Of a DNA stretch of 64,000 nucleotides, positions 22,315 through 37,700 are shown piece by piece (position 1 is the stretch's first letter; each line of letters opens with the position of its first letter). Source of the stretch: Nemertoderma westbladi (taxonomy: Eukaryota > Animalia > Xenacoelomorpha); NCBI GenBank assembly GCA_032718475.1, contig JAUCBJ010009084.1, positions 4,645 to 68,644 of the forward strand. The letters run 5' to 3'. The translations under genes and the position numbers were made by a program. The notes under the pieces were generated by a model. That model was not told the origin of the DNA and did no database searches. It saw nothing but the letters and a program-made list of their open reading frames with translations.

Positions 22315-25300
22315 TCACCCTGTCCCCCCCCCCACCGGTATGTTTGGTACTGGGGTTGATGTTAATATGTTGGGGCCCATACACCTATCCGCAATAATTC
22401 CCCCCTCCCCTGGGTATATGTTATGTCCCTGCATGCTGTAGTCATACTGCTGTGCTGGTACCGGTATAGGCCTATCAGCTTCTGGCCTACTCGCCGGTAT
22501 GTATTCCGCGACTTCCGGGTTTAATCCCGTTGTCCACGCCATCCTATCGCCTACATTGCCTCTCTCAGTATGGCCTATGGTATGTGCAGTAAGGCCTACA
22601 GTATGTCCTACAGTCTGCATGTGTCGCTCGGGATCGAAGTTTATTCTTCTCGAATAATCCTCCCCGCGGCTACCGTATTCTCGATCGATAGGTGTATTCC
22701 GTCGGAAAGTTTCTCTTCGACCCCCCCCCTCTACTGTTCTCATCTTCGTACCGGTACATCGCGTACCCCTCCATCGGCGCGTAGTGCGCCTCGCCGGGTC
22801 GCATCTCTCCGGGGCGACGGCAATCTCCCGGAGTCCGACCCCACTGACTCTCCGTTCTCATCTCAACTACCGACGGCTCGCTATCCGTCCTCGCTCTTCT
22901 ATCGTTCGCGGCGATACCTCTACTACTGTCTTCTCTTCTTCTCCTTTCAGTGGAGTATTCCCGCTCGTGAGATCTCTCGTCGACCTCCCGGTTAAACCCC
23001 ACTGTTCTTCTTCCCTCTTCTGATCGGGCTCGACGCTTCGTCCGCCCTCTTACGACGTCAACCTGTCTCTCTCTGCTCGGTCGCACGCCGCTGGGGATAC
23101 TCGCAATCCCCCTATTACTTTCCGTCGCCGGTTGTTGCGGTTTACCTATTTCGGCCCGCGCATTATCCGCTGACGGCTGTGGGACACTCTCTGCCCCCCC
23201 CCTTTCGCCGCTAACTCGCTGTTGTGGGGTTCTCGTAGCCCCCCCCCCCCCCCACTCGCCACATCTAACTTCGCTACTCCTCACCCCGCTACTATATCCC
23301 TCTCCAGTCGACACATCAACCCTACCGCGGTCGGGTCTATTCACCCCCGCCTCTCCCTCTGCTATTGCGTGGCCTACCAGGCCCTCTACTCCCTGCCTAC
23401 CAACTATGTGGCCTACCAGGCCCTCGCTGGGTCTACCTAACCCAGCCACTCCCTGCCTACCAACTACGTGGCCTACCAGGCCCTCGCCGGGTCTACCTAA
23501 CCCAGCTACTTCCCTGCCTACCAACTACGTGGCCTACCAGGCCCTCGCTGGGTCTACCTAACCCAGCTACTTCCCTGGCCTACCAACTACGTGGCCTACC
23601 AGGCCCTCGTCTGTCTGGCCATACACGCCCGACGTGTTTACATTAATAGCACCCGTATTGGAAACGGAATTAATTTGTTCGTTCGAAATAAAATCATTTG
23701 AATTATCTTGCGCGACTACACTATCTGAATTATTTTGTAAATTCGGGCTCGCTGAATTATTTAAGTTATTTAGATTATTTTGTGTTATTGCATTACTTAA
23801 ATTATTTTGTAAGTTCGAATTTGGGTTATTACTTTGATTAATTGGATTATTTTGCGTAGCTACATTAATATTAGAATTATTTTCTACATTAGTATTAGGA
23901 ATGTTCTGATTTAAATTTAAATTACTACCACTAAGTAAAGTATTTCCTGCAATAAAGGTTTGATTAGAATTGTCCCACACGGTACTATTAATATTAACCA
24001 CGTCTACTGTACCATCATCATTATTACCCCCCCCCCCCCCCCCCCCCCTCCCGTACGGTCACACCAGTTTTGAGTCTGTCGTGCGGTCCCTGTAAGTGGG
24101 GTATTAATAAATGTATCCACGGCCCCCGGCTCCTCAAAAATACTCGAGCCAGCCTCGCTCTCAGACTCCCCCATCTGCGCCAGTTCCACCTCACGCGTGT
24201 GTACAGCTTCACACTCTACGAGTTTGTCTCGCTGTTTCTCCAATTCTTTTCGCTCACGCTCCACTTTTGCTATTTTATCCATAGCCTCCCGTTCGGTCTG
24301 CTTGGCCAATTCCACCTCTCTCCTAATCCCCTCCCTTCGCCTCGCCTCACGCGCTCTATGCTCACTCTCCTCCCTCACTTCACGCTCTCTGCGTTCACTT
24401 TCCTCCTTCGCTTCACGCTCTCTGCGTTCACTTTTCTCTCTCGCCACACGCTCTTCTTGTTCCTTCAACTCTATTTCCTCATACTCCCTGAGGCTCCTCA
24501 CGGCCCTTTCGGCCCTCTCTCTTATCTCTCCCATCGACGCCATTTCCCTCTCCATCAGCACTCTCCCTTCCTCTAGCCATCTACCTACTTCTCTATTACC
24601 TTGCACTGCTAGATTGAGACGATGCCTAGCGTCTATCTCTCTCACCCGTCTTTCTTTTGCGGAGGATGTAGCAGACTTATCGGTTGTGGAGGATTCCCTC
24701 CGCCTTCCCGATCTACTAGCTTTCCCCCTCCTCCCGGAACTCCCTCCGACCGACGAGACCGAATCCGCGGGGTCAGCCTCGGATTCGCCCTCCTCAGGTC
24801 TGTTCCAACCCACTAATTTTACTCCCCAGGCATCGACCAAGTATGGCCCTATGTACACTGACGCTACGCTAGGTTCCATACTCCCACATTCCCATAGTTC
24901 AAATAGTTCGCTGGCAACCCCTTTTGCTCTCTCCTCGGCTAGTTCTCTCTGCCCAAAACGCATTAGGTAATTAAAGTGTCTATCCGACTCACCTAGTCGT
25001 TTCCTCAGTCTCACCTCGTCTATCTTCGCCCCTTCCTTCTTAGCGTCCTTTAGTAGTCTTTGGGTCGCGTTGTAGGCCCGTCGGAGTCGATCAGAAACCC
25101 CGACGTCCTCGTCGCCGATCTTTCGTCCGTCTCTCCGGGTCCGACGTCGTACCGGCGGCCCCACCATCGCCGTTTCGGCGGGCCGTCCGTCGCCCTCGGC
25201 CTGTAGCTGGCCGGTGACATCGGTAGCGATGTCTCCTTCATCTCTCTGCATCCGGGGTCGCACCGTCGGCCCCACCGTCGCCGTTTCGGCGGGCCGCTCG

Positions 25301-25560
25301 TCGCCCTCAGCCTGTGGCTGGCCGGCGACACCGGTGCGTCGACCCCCGTCCCGTGTCGACTCGTCTCCGCCTCCCTCCGTCTCGCTCTCTCTCTCTCTCG
25401 GTTCGACCTCGGGTTCCAGGCCCCCCTCGTCCTGAACTGCCGGATGACCCGTTACCGATGGGTCCGGCGTTGTGGGCCTGTATCGCCTGGTTGCGGCCTC
25501 GCGGATCGTTAGCTCTTCGTCCGGGGTCCGCGTCGGTGTGGTGTCACCTGACCGACTCAT
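22315..25560 (-). pseudogene. N-terminal gag region of element B (coiled coil, Asn-rich and repeat segments), frameshifted
   Basis: Consecutive minus-strand ORFs 24004-25560, 23567-24001, 22670-23524 and 22315-22743 lie between the 5' LTR and the gag core. Breaks fall near G-runs and repeats. Confidence 0.7.
23365..23610. repeat. ~60-bp tandem repeat containing hairpin GGCCT-ACC-AGGCC
   Basis: The core occurs at about 23371, 23410, 23470, 23531 and 23593. Confidence 0.9.
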
Positions 25561-25858
25561 CTCTCTTCTGCAGATTGGTGACTGGTGGTTTAGCTAGTTT
25601 TACAGTTTGACTAGGGCGGCAGCTCGATTTAGTTACTGCCGAAGGGTTTAGTTACTGTGACGGGATCCAAGAGGGATCCCGGTTTATCCGGTTTTAGTTC
25701 ACGCGTCCCCGCCGTGTATAAAGAGTGAATGAGTTCTGATGTTTGTCGTATATAATATGATAAGTGGATATAGATACAGATATAGATATGGGATATATTG
25801 TTGTATATGGAAGGCGGGATATGGTAACTAAAGTCCCGGTCCTTCCCTAGCTAAACTA

Positions 25859-26199
25859 TGTAATAACCTAAACTAGCACCGGTATTGCACTGAGATAACT
25901 GAATTGGTATGATTACTGCCAAGTGGCTATATTGCACGGTTGGCCTTGTTACTCTACCTAATCGATGCCTTTCCCCCCTCTGATTGGTTGATACCCTTGT
26001 TGGCGCCCTTTGGAGTGTTCCCGTTCACTCCACCTATTCTCTCTGGGTTAGGGGTTTGGCCCCTGACCCTCTATTGTGTGCTTCCTTCCCACTCTTATTG
26101 GGATGGCACGAGTTGGTTAATTATCCAATCTCGTGGCTCCCAATATTGCTTATCGGCTTATAACTTTATGGGGTGTTAGCGGGATTGAATAAGCTAACA
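25859..26199 (-). repeat. 5' LTR of element B (shared part; may extend to ~25656)
   Basis: Direct repeat of 15933-16271 with TG...CA ends. CCAAT and TATA-like motifs are present on the minus strand. Confidence 0.88.
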
Positions 26200-28769
26200 T
26201 TAATGAACTAGCTGAGATATTTGAGGTGAATTATTGCATTACATATTAACTTTGGCTCCAGCCGCTTTTGCAATACGATGAAACTATAATAAATATTCTA
26301 GAACACAACAATATTAACAGGGAGATAGGCTACTTGTCTCTCCATTCAGACAGCCACAGATAGGGAGGGGTGTTTTGACACAATAAAAATTCCACCATCT
26401 CCAGGGGAAAGACGAAGCAAATAACAGCTGATTACTTCTATAAATGTAAGTGTTACCTGTTTTTTGACTTTCGTTTAAGATTATTTTCTTGTGGACTGGG
26501 ATAGAATTTATGAATATGAAAATCGATGTCGTTTTTTGTAAAAAATCAGAGGAGATTTTGATAAATTATTGCAGAAAAACACCAAGGATTTTGACAAGGA
26601 TTTAATACTCATTATATTCATGAAATAGCTGAGAAATTTGAGGTGAATTATTGCATTACATAATAACTTTAACTCCAGGCACATTAGCAATACGATGAAA
26701 CTATAATAAATATTCTAGAACACAACAATATTAACAGGGAGATAGGCTACTTATCTGTCCACTCTGAGAGCCTCAGAAAGGGGGTGTTCCGACGCAATCA
26801 AAAGTCATCCATCTCCAGGGGAAATACGAAGCAAAGAACAGCTGATTACTTCTATAAATGTAAGTGTTACCTGCTCTTTTGACTTTCATTTAAGATTGTC
26901 TATCTCTTGGAGTGGGTTAGAAGTTATAAATATGAAAATCGATGTGGTTTTTGAAAAAAATCAAAGGATATTATGATTAATTATTGCTGAAAAACACCAA
27001 CGATTTTGACATGGCTTTAATACTTCATTATGTTCATGAAAAAACTGAGATATTTGAGGTGAATTATTGCATTACATAATAAATTTAACTCCAGCCACAT
27101 TAGCAATACGATGGAACTATAATAAATATTCTAGAACACAACAATATTAACAGGGAGATAGGCTACTTATCTCTCCACTCAGACAGCTACAGATATGGGT
27201 GATCTGACACAATCAAAATTCAACCATCTCCAGGTGAAAGACGAAGCAAATAGCAGCTGATTACTTCTATAATTGTAAGTGTTACCTGTTTTTTGACTTT
27301 CGTTTAAGTTTCTTTATCTTGTGGACTGGGATAGAAGTCATGGATATGAAAATCGATGTGGTTTTTGAAAAAAATCAAAGGATATTATGATTAATTATTG
27401 CTGAAAAACACCAAGGATTTTGACATGGCGTTAATACTCATTATATTCATGAGATAGCTGAGAAATTTGAGGTGAATTATTGTATCACATATTAATTTCG
27501 GCCCCAGCCGCTTTGGCAATACGATGAAACTATAATAAATATTTTAGAACACAACAATATTAACAGGGAAATAGGCTACTTATCTCTTCACTCTGAGAGC
27601 CTCAAAAAGGGGGTGTTCCGACGCAATCAAAATTCATCCATCTGCAGGGGAAAGACGAAGCAAATATCAGCAGATTACTTCTATAAATGAAAGTGTTACC
27701 TGTTCTTATGACTTTCGTTTAAGATTCTCTATCTCGTGGAGTTGGTTAGAAGTTATAAATATGAAAATCGATGTGGTTTTTTAAAAAAAATCAGAGGATA
27801 TTTTGATAAATTATTGCTGAAAAACCCCAAGGATCTTGACATGGCTTTAATACTCAATTATGTTCATGAAAAAACTGAGATATTTGAGGTGAATAATTGC
27901 ATTACATAATAACTTTAACTCCAGCCACATTAGCAATACGATGACACTATAATAAATATTCTAGAACACAACAATATTAACAGGGAGATAGGCTACTTAT
28001 CTCTCCACTCTGGGAGCCTCAGAAAGGGGGTGTTCCGACGCAATCAAAATTCATCCATCTCCTAAGGAAAGACGAAGCAAATAACAGCTGATTACTTCTA
28101 TAAATGTAAGTGTTACCTTTTCTTATGACTTTCGTTTAAGATTCTCTATCTCGTGGAGTGGGTTAGAAGTTATAAATATGAAAATCGATGTGGTTTTTTG
28201 TAAAAAATTTGAGGATATTTTGATAAATTATTGCTGAAAAACCCCAAGTATTTTGACATGGCTTTAATACTTCATTATGTTCATGAAAAAACTTAGATAT
28301 TTGAGGTGAATTATTGCATTACATAATAACTTTAACTCCAGGCACATTAGCAATACGATGAAACTATAATAAATATTCTAGAACACAACAATATTAACAG
28401 GGAGATAGGCTACTTATCTGTCCACTCTGAGAGCCTCAGAAAGGGGGTGTTCCGACGCAATCAAAATTCATCCATCTCCAGGGGAAATACGAAGCAAATA
28501 ACAGCTGATTACTTCTATAAATGTAAGTGTTACCTGCTCTTTTGACTTTCATTTAAGATTATCTATCTCTTGGAGTAGGTTAGAAGTCATGAATATGAAA
28601 ATCAATGTCGATTTTTGTAAAAAATCAGAGGAGATTTTAATAAATTATTGCTGAAAAACACCAAGGATTTTGACAAGGATTTAATACTCATTATATTAAT
28701 GAACTAGCTGAGATATTTGAGGTGAATTATTGCATTACATATTAACTTTGGCTCCAGCCGCTTTTGCAA

Positions 28770-31700
28770 TACGATGAAACTATAATAAATATTCTAGAAC
28801 ACAACAATATTAACAGGGAGATAGGCTACTTGTCTCTCCATTCAGACAGCCACAGATAGGGAGGGGTGTTTTGACACAATAAAAATGCCACCATCTCCTG
28901 GGGAAAGACGAAGCAAATTTCAGCTGATTACTTCTATAAATGAAAGTGTTGCCTGTTCTTTTGACTTTCGTATAAGATTCTCCATCTTATGGAGTGGGTT
29001 AGCAGTTATAAATATGAAAATCGATGTGGTTTTTGAAAAAAATCAGAGGATATTTTGATAAATTATTGCTGAAAAATCCCAAGGATTTTGACATGGCTTA
29101 AATACTTCATTATGTTCATGAAAAAACTGAGATATTTGAGGTGAATTATTGCATTACATAATAACTTTAACTCCAGCCACATTAGCAATACGATGAAACT
29201 ATAATAAATATTCTAGAACACAACAATATTAACAGGGAGATAGGCTACTTATCTCTCCACTCAGACAGCTACAGATAGGGGTGATCTGACACAATCAAAA
29301 TTCAACCATCTCCAGGTGAAAGACGAAGCAAATAACAGCTGATTACTTCTATAAATGTAAGTGTTACCTGTTTTTTGACTTTCGTTTAAGTTTCTTTATC
29401 TTGTGGACTGGGATAGAAGTCATGAATATGAAAATCGATGTGGTTTTTGAAAAAAATCAAAGGATATTATGATTAATTATTGCTGAAAAACACCAAGGAT
29501 TTTGACAAGGATTTAATACTCATTATATTAATGAACTAGCTGAGATATTTGAGGTGAATTATTGCATTACATATTAACTTTGGCTCCAGCCGCTTTTGCA
29601 ATACGATGAAACTATAATAAATATTCTAGAACACAACAATATTAACAGGGAGATAGGCTACTTATCTCTCCACTCTGAGAGCCTCAAAAAGGGGACGTTC
29701 CGACGCAATCAAAATTCATCCATCTCCTGGGGAAAGACGAAGCAAATATCAGCTGATTACTTCTATAAATGAAAGTGTTGCCTGTTCTTATGACTTTCGT
29801 TTAAGATTCTCCATCTTATGGAGTGGGTTAGCAGTTATAAATATGAAAATCGATGTGGTTTTTGAAAAAAATCAGAGGATATTTTGATAAATTATTGCTG
29901 AAAAACCCCAAGGATTTTGACATGGCTTTAATACTCATATTCATGAAATAGCTGAGAAGTTTGAGGTGAATTATTGTATCACATATTAACTTCGGCTCCA
30001 GCCGCTTTGGCAATACAATGAAACTATAATAAATATTCTAGAACACAACAATATTAACAGGGAGATAGGCTACTTATCTCTTCAGTCTGAGAGCCTCAAA
30101 AAGGGGGTGTTCCGACGCAATCAAAATTAATCCATCTGCAGGGGAAAGACGAAGCAAATAACAGCTGATTACTTCTATAAATGAAAGTTTTACCTGTTCT
30201 TATGACTTTCGTTTAAGATTCTCTATCTCGTGGAGTTGGTTAGACGTTATAAATATGAAAATCGATGTGGTTTTTTAAAAAAAATCAGAGGATATTTTGA
30301 TAAATTATTGCTGAAAAACCCCAAGGATTTTGACATGGCTTTAATACTTCATTATGTTCATGAAAAAACTGAGATATTTGAGGTGAATAATTGCATTACA
30401 TAATAACTTTAACTCCAGCCACATTAGCAATACGATGAAACTATAATAAATATTCTAGAACACAACAATATTAACAGGGAGATAGGGTACTTATCTCTCC
30501 ACTCTGGGAGCCTCAGAAAGGGGGTGTTCCGACGCAATCAAAATTCATCCATCTCCTAAGGAAAGACGAAGCAAATAACAGCTGATTACTTCTATAAATG
30601 TAAGTGTTACCTTTTCTTATGACTTTCGTTTAAGATTCTCTATCTCGTGGAGTGGGTTAGAAGTTATAAATTAGAAAATCGATGTCGTTTTTTGTAAAAA
30701 ATCTGAGGATATTTTGATAAATTATTGCTGAAAAACCCCAAGGATTTTGACATGGCTTTAATACTTCATTATGTTCATGAAAAAACTTAGATATTTGAGG
30801 TGAATTATTGCATTACATAATAACTTTAACTCCAGGCACATTAGCAATACGATGAAACTATAATAAATATTATAGAACACAACAATATTAACAGGGAGAT
30901 AGGCTACTTATCTGTCCACTCTGAGAGCCTCAGAAAGGGGGTGTTCCGACGCAATCAAAATTCATCCATCTCCAGGGGAAATACGAAGCAAAGAACAGCT
31001 GATTACTTCTATAAATGTAGTGTTACCTGCTCTTTTGACTTTCATTTAAGATTGTCTATCTCTTGGAGTAGGTTAGAAGTCATGAATATGAAAATCGATG
31101 TCGTTTTTTGTAAAAAAATCAGAGGAGATTTTAATAAATTATTGCTGAAAAACACCAAGGATTTTGACAAGGATTTAATACTCATTATATTAATGAACTA
31201 GCTGAGATATTTGAGGTGAATTATTGCATTACATATTAACTTTGGCTCCAGCCGCTTTTGCAATACGATGAAACTATAATAAATATTCTAGAACACAACA
31301 ATATTAACAGGGAGATAGGCTACTTTTCTCTTCACTCTGAGAGCCTCAAAAGGGGGTGTTCCGATGCAATCAAAATTCATCCATCTCCAGGGGAAAGACG
31401 AAGCAAGTAACAGCTGATTACTTCTATAAATGTAAGTGTTACCTGTTTTTTGACTTTCGTTTAAGATTCTTTTTCTTGTGGAGTGGGTTAGAAGTCATGA
31501 CTATGAAAATCGATGTAGTTTTTTGTAAAAAATCTGAGGATATTTTGATAAATTATTGCTGAAAAACCCCAAGGATTTTGACATGGCTTTAATACTTCAT
31601 TATGTTCATGAAAAAACTGAGATATTTGAGGTGAATATTGCATTACATAATAACTTTAACTCCAGCCACGTTAGCAATACGATGAAACTATAATAAATAT

Positions 31701-34700
31701 TCTAGAACACAACAATATTAACAGGGAGATAGGCTACTTATCTCTCCATTCAGACAGCCACAGATAGGGAGGGGGTGTATTGACACAATAAAAATTCCAC
31801 CATCTCCAGGGGAAAGACGAAGCAAATAACAGCTGATTACTTCTATAAATGTAAGTGTTACCTGTTTTTTGACTTTCGTTTAAGATTCTTTATCTTGTGG
31901 ACTGGGATAGAATTTCTGAATATGAAAATCGATGTTGTTTTTTGTAAAAAATCAGAGGAGATTTTGATAAATTATTGCAGAAAAACACCAAGGATTTTGA
32001 CAAGGATTTAATACTCATTATATTCATGAAATAGCTGAGAAATTTGAGGTGAATTATTGCATTACATAATAACTTTAACTCCAGGCACATTAGCAATACG
32101 ATGAAACTATAATAAATATTCTAGAACACAACAATATTAACAGGGAGATAGGCTACTTGTCTCTCCATTCAGACAGCCACAGATAGGGAGGGGTGTTTTG
32201 ACACAATAAAAATGCCACCATCTCCTGGGGAAAGACGAAGCAAATTTCAGCTGATTACTTCTATAAATGAAAGTGTTGCCTGTTCTTTTGACTTTCGTAT
32301 AAGATTCTCCATCTTATGGAGTGGGTTAGCAGTTATAAATATGAAAATCGATGTGGTTTTTGAAAAAAATCAGAGGATATTTTGATAAATTATTGCTGAA
32401 AAATCCCAAGGATTTTGACATGGCTTAAATACTTCATTATGTTCATGAAAAAACTGAGATATTTGAGGTGAATTATTGCATTACATAATAACTTTAACTC
32501 CAGCCACATTAGCAATACGATGAAACTATAATAAATATTCTAGAACACAACAATATTAACAGGGAGATAGGCTACTTATCTCTCCACTCAGACAGCTACA
32601 GATAGGGGTGATCTGACACAATCAAAATTCAACCATCTCCAGGTGAAAGACGAAGCAAATAACAGCTGATTACTTCTATAAATGTAAGTGTTACCTGTTT
32701 TTTGACTTTCGTTTAAGTTTCTTTATCTTGTGGACTGGGATAGAAGTCATGAATATGAAAATCGATGTGGTTTTTGAAAAAAATCAAAGGATATTATGAT
32801 TAATTATTGCTGAAAAACACCAAGGATTTTGACAAGGATTTAATACTCATTATATTAATGAACTAGCTGAGATATTTGAGGTGAATTATTGCATTACATA
32901 TTAACTTTGGCTCCAGCCGCTTTTGCAATACGATGAAACTATAATAAATATTCTAGAACACAACAATATTAACAGGGAGATAGGCTACTTATCTCTCCAC
33001 TCTGAGAGCCTCAAAAAGGGGACGTTCCGACGCAATCAAAATTCATCCATCTCCTGGGGAAAGACGAAGCAAATATCAGCTGATTACTTCTATAAATGAA
33101 AGTGTTGCCTGTTCTTATGACTTTCGTTTAAGATTCTCCATCTTATGGAGTGGGTTAGCAGTTATAAATATGAAAATTGTGGTTTTTGAAAAAAATCAGA
33201 GGATATTTTGATAAATTATTGCTGAAAAACCCCAAGGATTTTGACATGGCTTTAATACTCATATTCATGAAATAGCTGAGAAGTTTGAGGTGAATTATTG
33301 TATCACATATTAACTTCGGCTCCAGCCGCTTTGGCAATACAATGAAACTATAATAAATATTCTAGAACACAACAATATTAACAGGGAGATAGGCTACTTA
33401 TCTCTTCAGTCTGAGAGCCTCAAAAAGGGGGTGTTCCGACGCAATCAAAATTAATCCATCTGCAGGGGAAAGACGAAGCAAATAACAGCTGATTACTTCT
33501 ATAAATGAAAGTTTTACCTGTTCTTATGACTTTCGTTTAAGATTCTCTATCTCGTGGAGTTGGTTAGACGTTATAAATATGAAAATCGATGTGGTTTTTT
33601 AAAAAAAATCAGAGGATATTTTGATAAATTATTGCTGAAAAACCCCAAGGATTTTGACATGGCTTTAATACTTCATTATGTTCATGAAAAAACTGAGATA
33701 TTTGAGGTGAATAATTGCATTACATAATAACTTTAACTCCAGCCACATTAGCAATACGATGAAACTATAATAAATATTCTAGAACACAACAATATTAACA
33801 GGGAGATAGGGTACTTATCTCTCCACTCTGGGAGCCTCAGAAAGGGGGTGTTCCGACGCAATCAAAATTCATCCATCTCCTAAGGAAAGACGAAGCAAAT
33901 AACAGCTGATTACTTCTATAAATGTAAGTGTTACCTTTTCTTATGACTTTCGTTTAAGATTCTCTATCTCGTGGAGTGGGTTAGAAGTTATAAATTAGAA
34001 AATCGATGTCGTTTTTTGTAAAAAATCTGAGGATATTTTGATAAATTATTGCTGAAAAACCCCAAGGATTTTGACATGGCTTTAATACTTCATTATGTTC
34101 ATGAAAAAACTTAGATATTTGAGGTGAATTATTGCATTACATAATAACTTTAACTCCAGGCACATTAGCAATACGATGAAACTATAATAAATATTATAGA
34201 ACACAACAATATTAACAGGGAGATAGGCTACTTATCTGTCCACTCTGAGAGCCTCAGAAAGGGGGTGTTCCGACGCAATCAAAATTCATCCATCTCCAGG
34301 GGAAATACGAAGCAAAGAACAGCTGATTACTTCTATAAATGTAGTGTTACCTGCTCTTTTGACTTTCATTTAAGATTGTCTATCTCTTGGAGTAGGTTAG
34401 AAGTCATGAATATGAAAATCGATGTCGTTTTTTGTAAAAAATCAGAGGAGATTTTAATAAATTATTGCTGAAAAACACCAAGGATTTTGACAAGGATTTA
34501 ATACTCATTATATTAATGAACTAGCTGAGATATTTGAGGTGAATTATTGCATTACATATTAACTTTGGCTCCAGCCGCTTTTGCAATACGATGAAACTAT
34601 AATAAATATTCTAGAACACAACAATATTAACAGGGAGATAGGCTACTTTTCTCTTCACTCTGAGAGCCTCAAAAGGGGGTGTTCCGATGCAATCAAAATT

Positions 34701-37700
34701 CATCCATCTCCAGGGGAAAGACGAAGCAAGTAACAGCTGATTACTTCTATAAATGTAAGTGTTACCTGTTTTTTGACTTTCGTTTAAGATTCTTTTTCTT
34801 GTGGAGTGGGTTAGAAGTCATGACTATGAAAATCGATGTAGTTTTTTGTAAAAAATCTGAGGATATTTTGATAAATTATTGCTGAAAAACCCCAAGGATT
34901 TTGACATGGCTTTAATACTTCATAATGTTCATGAAAAAACTGAGATATTTGAGGTGAATATTGCATTACATAATAACTTTAACTCCAGCCACGTTAGCAA
35001 TACGATGAAACTATAATAAATATTCTAGAACACAACAATATTAACAGGGAGATAGGCTACTTATCTCTCCATTCAGACAGCCACAGATAGGGAGGGGGTG
35101 TATTGACACAATAAAAATTCCACCATCTCCAGGGGAAAGACGAAGCAAATAACAGCTGATTACTTCTATAAATGTAAGTGTTACCTGTTTTTTGACTTTC
35201 GTTTAAGATTCTTTATCTTGTGGACTGGGATAGAATTTCTGAATATGAAAATCGATGTTGTTTTTTGTAAAAAATCAGAGGAGATTTTGATAAATTATTG
35301 CAGAAAAACACCAAGGATTTTGACAAGGATTTAATACTCATTATATTCATGAAATAGCTGAGAAATTTGAGGTGAATTATTGCATTACATAATAACTTTA
35401 ACTCCAGGCACATTAGCAATACGATGAAACTATAATAAATATTCTAGAACACAACAATATTAACAGGGAGATAGGCTACTTGTCTCTCCATTCAGACAGC
35501 CACAGATAGGGAGGGGTGTTTTGACACAATAAAAATGCCACCATCTCCTGGGGAAAGACGAAGCAAATTTCAGCTGATTACTTCTATAAATGAAAGTGTT
35601 GCCTGTTCTTTTGACTTTCGTATAAGATTCTCCATCTTATGGAGTGGGTTAGCAGTTATAAATATGAAAATCGATGTGGTTTTTGAAAAAAATCAGAGGA
35701 TATTTTGATAAATTATTGCTGAAAAATCCCAAGGATTTTGACATGGCTTAAATACTTCATTATGTTCATGAAAAAACTGAGATATTTGAGGTGAATTATT
35801 GCATTACATAATAACTTTAACTCCAGCCACATTAGCAATACGATGAAACTATAATAAATATTCTAGAACACAACAATATTAACAGGGAGATAGGCTACTT
35901 ATCTCTCCACTCAGACAGCTACAGATAGGGGTGATCTGACACAATCAAAATTCAACCATCTCCAGGTGAAAGACGAAGCAAATAACAGCTGATTACTTCT
36001 ATAAATGTAAGTGTTACCTGTTTTTTGACTTTCGTTTAAGTTTCTTTATCTTGTGGACTGGGATAGAAGTCATGAATATGAAAATCGATGTGGTTTTTGA
36101 AAAAAATCAAAGGATATTATGATTAATTATTGCTGAAAAACACCAAGGATTTTGACAAGGATTTAATACTCATTATATTAATGAACTAGCTGAGATATTT
36201 GAGGTGAATTATTGCATTACATATTAACTTTGGCTCCAGCCGCTTTTGCAATACGATGAAACTATAATAAATATTCTAGAACACAACAATATTAACAGGG
36301 AGATAGGCTACTTATCTCTCCACTCTGAGAGCCTCAAAAAGGGGACGTTCCGACGCAATCAAAATTCATCCATCTCCTGGGGAAAGACGAAGCAAATATC
36401 AGCTGATTACTTCTATAAATGAAAGTGTTGCCTGTTCTTATGACTTTCGTTTAAGATTCTCCATCTTATGGAGTGGGTTAGCAGTTATAAATATGAAAAT
36501 CGATGTGGTTTTTGAAAAAAATCAGAGGATATTTTGATAAATTATTGCTGAAAAACCCCAAGGATTTTGACATGGCTTTAATACTCATATTCATGAAATA
36601 GCTGAGAAGTTTGAGGTGAATTATTGTATCACATATTAACTTCGGCTCCAGCCGCTTTGGCAATACAATGAAACTATAATAAATATTCTAGAACACAACA
36701 ATATTAACAGGGAGATAGGCTACTTATCTCTTCAGTCTGAGAGCCTCAAAAAGGGGGTGTTCCGACGCAATCAAAATTAATCCATCTGCAGGGGAAAGAC
36801 GAAGCAAATAACAGCTGATTACTTCTATAAATGAAAGTTTTACCTGTTCTTATGACTTTCGTTTAAGATTCTCTATCTCGTGGAGTTGGTTAGACGTTAT
36901 AAATATGAAAATCGATGTGGTTTTTTAAAAAAAATCAGAGGATATTTTGATAAATTATTGCTGAAAAACCCCAAGGATTTTGACATGGCTTTAATACTTC
37001 ATTATGTTCATGAAAAAACTGAGATATTTGAGGTGAATAATTGCATTACATAATAACTTTAACTCCAGCCACATTAGCAATACGATGAAACTATAATAAA
37101 TATTCTAGAACACAACAATATTAACAGGGAGATAGGGTACTTATCTCTCCACTCTGGGAGCCTCAGAAAGGGGGTGTTCCGACGCAATCAAAATTCATCC
37201 ATCTCCTAAGGAAAGACGAAGCAAATAACAGCTGATTACTTCTATAAATGTAAGTGTTACCTTTTCTTATGACTTTCGTTTAAGATTCTCTATCTCGTGG
37301 AGTGGGTTAGAAGTTATAAATTAGAAAATCGATGTCGTTTTTTGTAAAAAATCTGAGGATATTTTGATAAATTATTGCTGAAAAACCCCAAGGATTTTGA
37401 CATGGCTTTAATACTTCATTATGTTCATGAAAAAACTTAGATATTTGAGGTGAATTATTGCATTACATAATAACTTTAACTCCAGGCACATTAGCAATAC
37501 GATGAAACTATAATAAATATTATAGAACACAACAATATTAACAGGGAGATAGGCTACTTATCTGTCCACTCTGAGAGCCTCAGAAAGGGGGTGTTCCGAC
37601 GCAATCAAAATTCATCCATCTCCAGGGGAAATACGAAGCAAAGAACAGCTGATTACTTCTATAAATGTAGTGTTACCTGCTCTTTTGACTTTCATTTAAG

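Larger units (their letters stand above)
15933..26199 (-). mobile_element. BEL/Pao LTR retrotransposon copy B, internally deleted (RT, RNase H and most of integrase absent), with accessory exonuclease ORF
   Basis: Near-identical direct repeats at both ends, a PPT, and gag-protease on the minus strand. Sequence at 19480-19560 matches 61955-62055 of element C. Confidence 0.92.

Noticed and set aside
19783-25610. Long antisense ORFs over gag and pol (also 8865-9512, 59093-59914 and others)
   Set aside because: They are shadows of coding sequence on the opposite strand, with low-complexity composition and no motifs.
25600-25858. tRNA primer-binding site for element B
   Set aside because: No TGG-initiated tRNA-complementary sequence was recognised next to either candidate LTR end.
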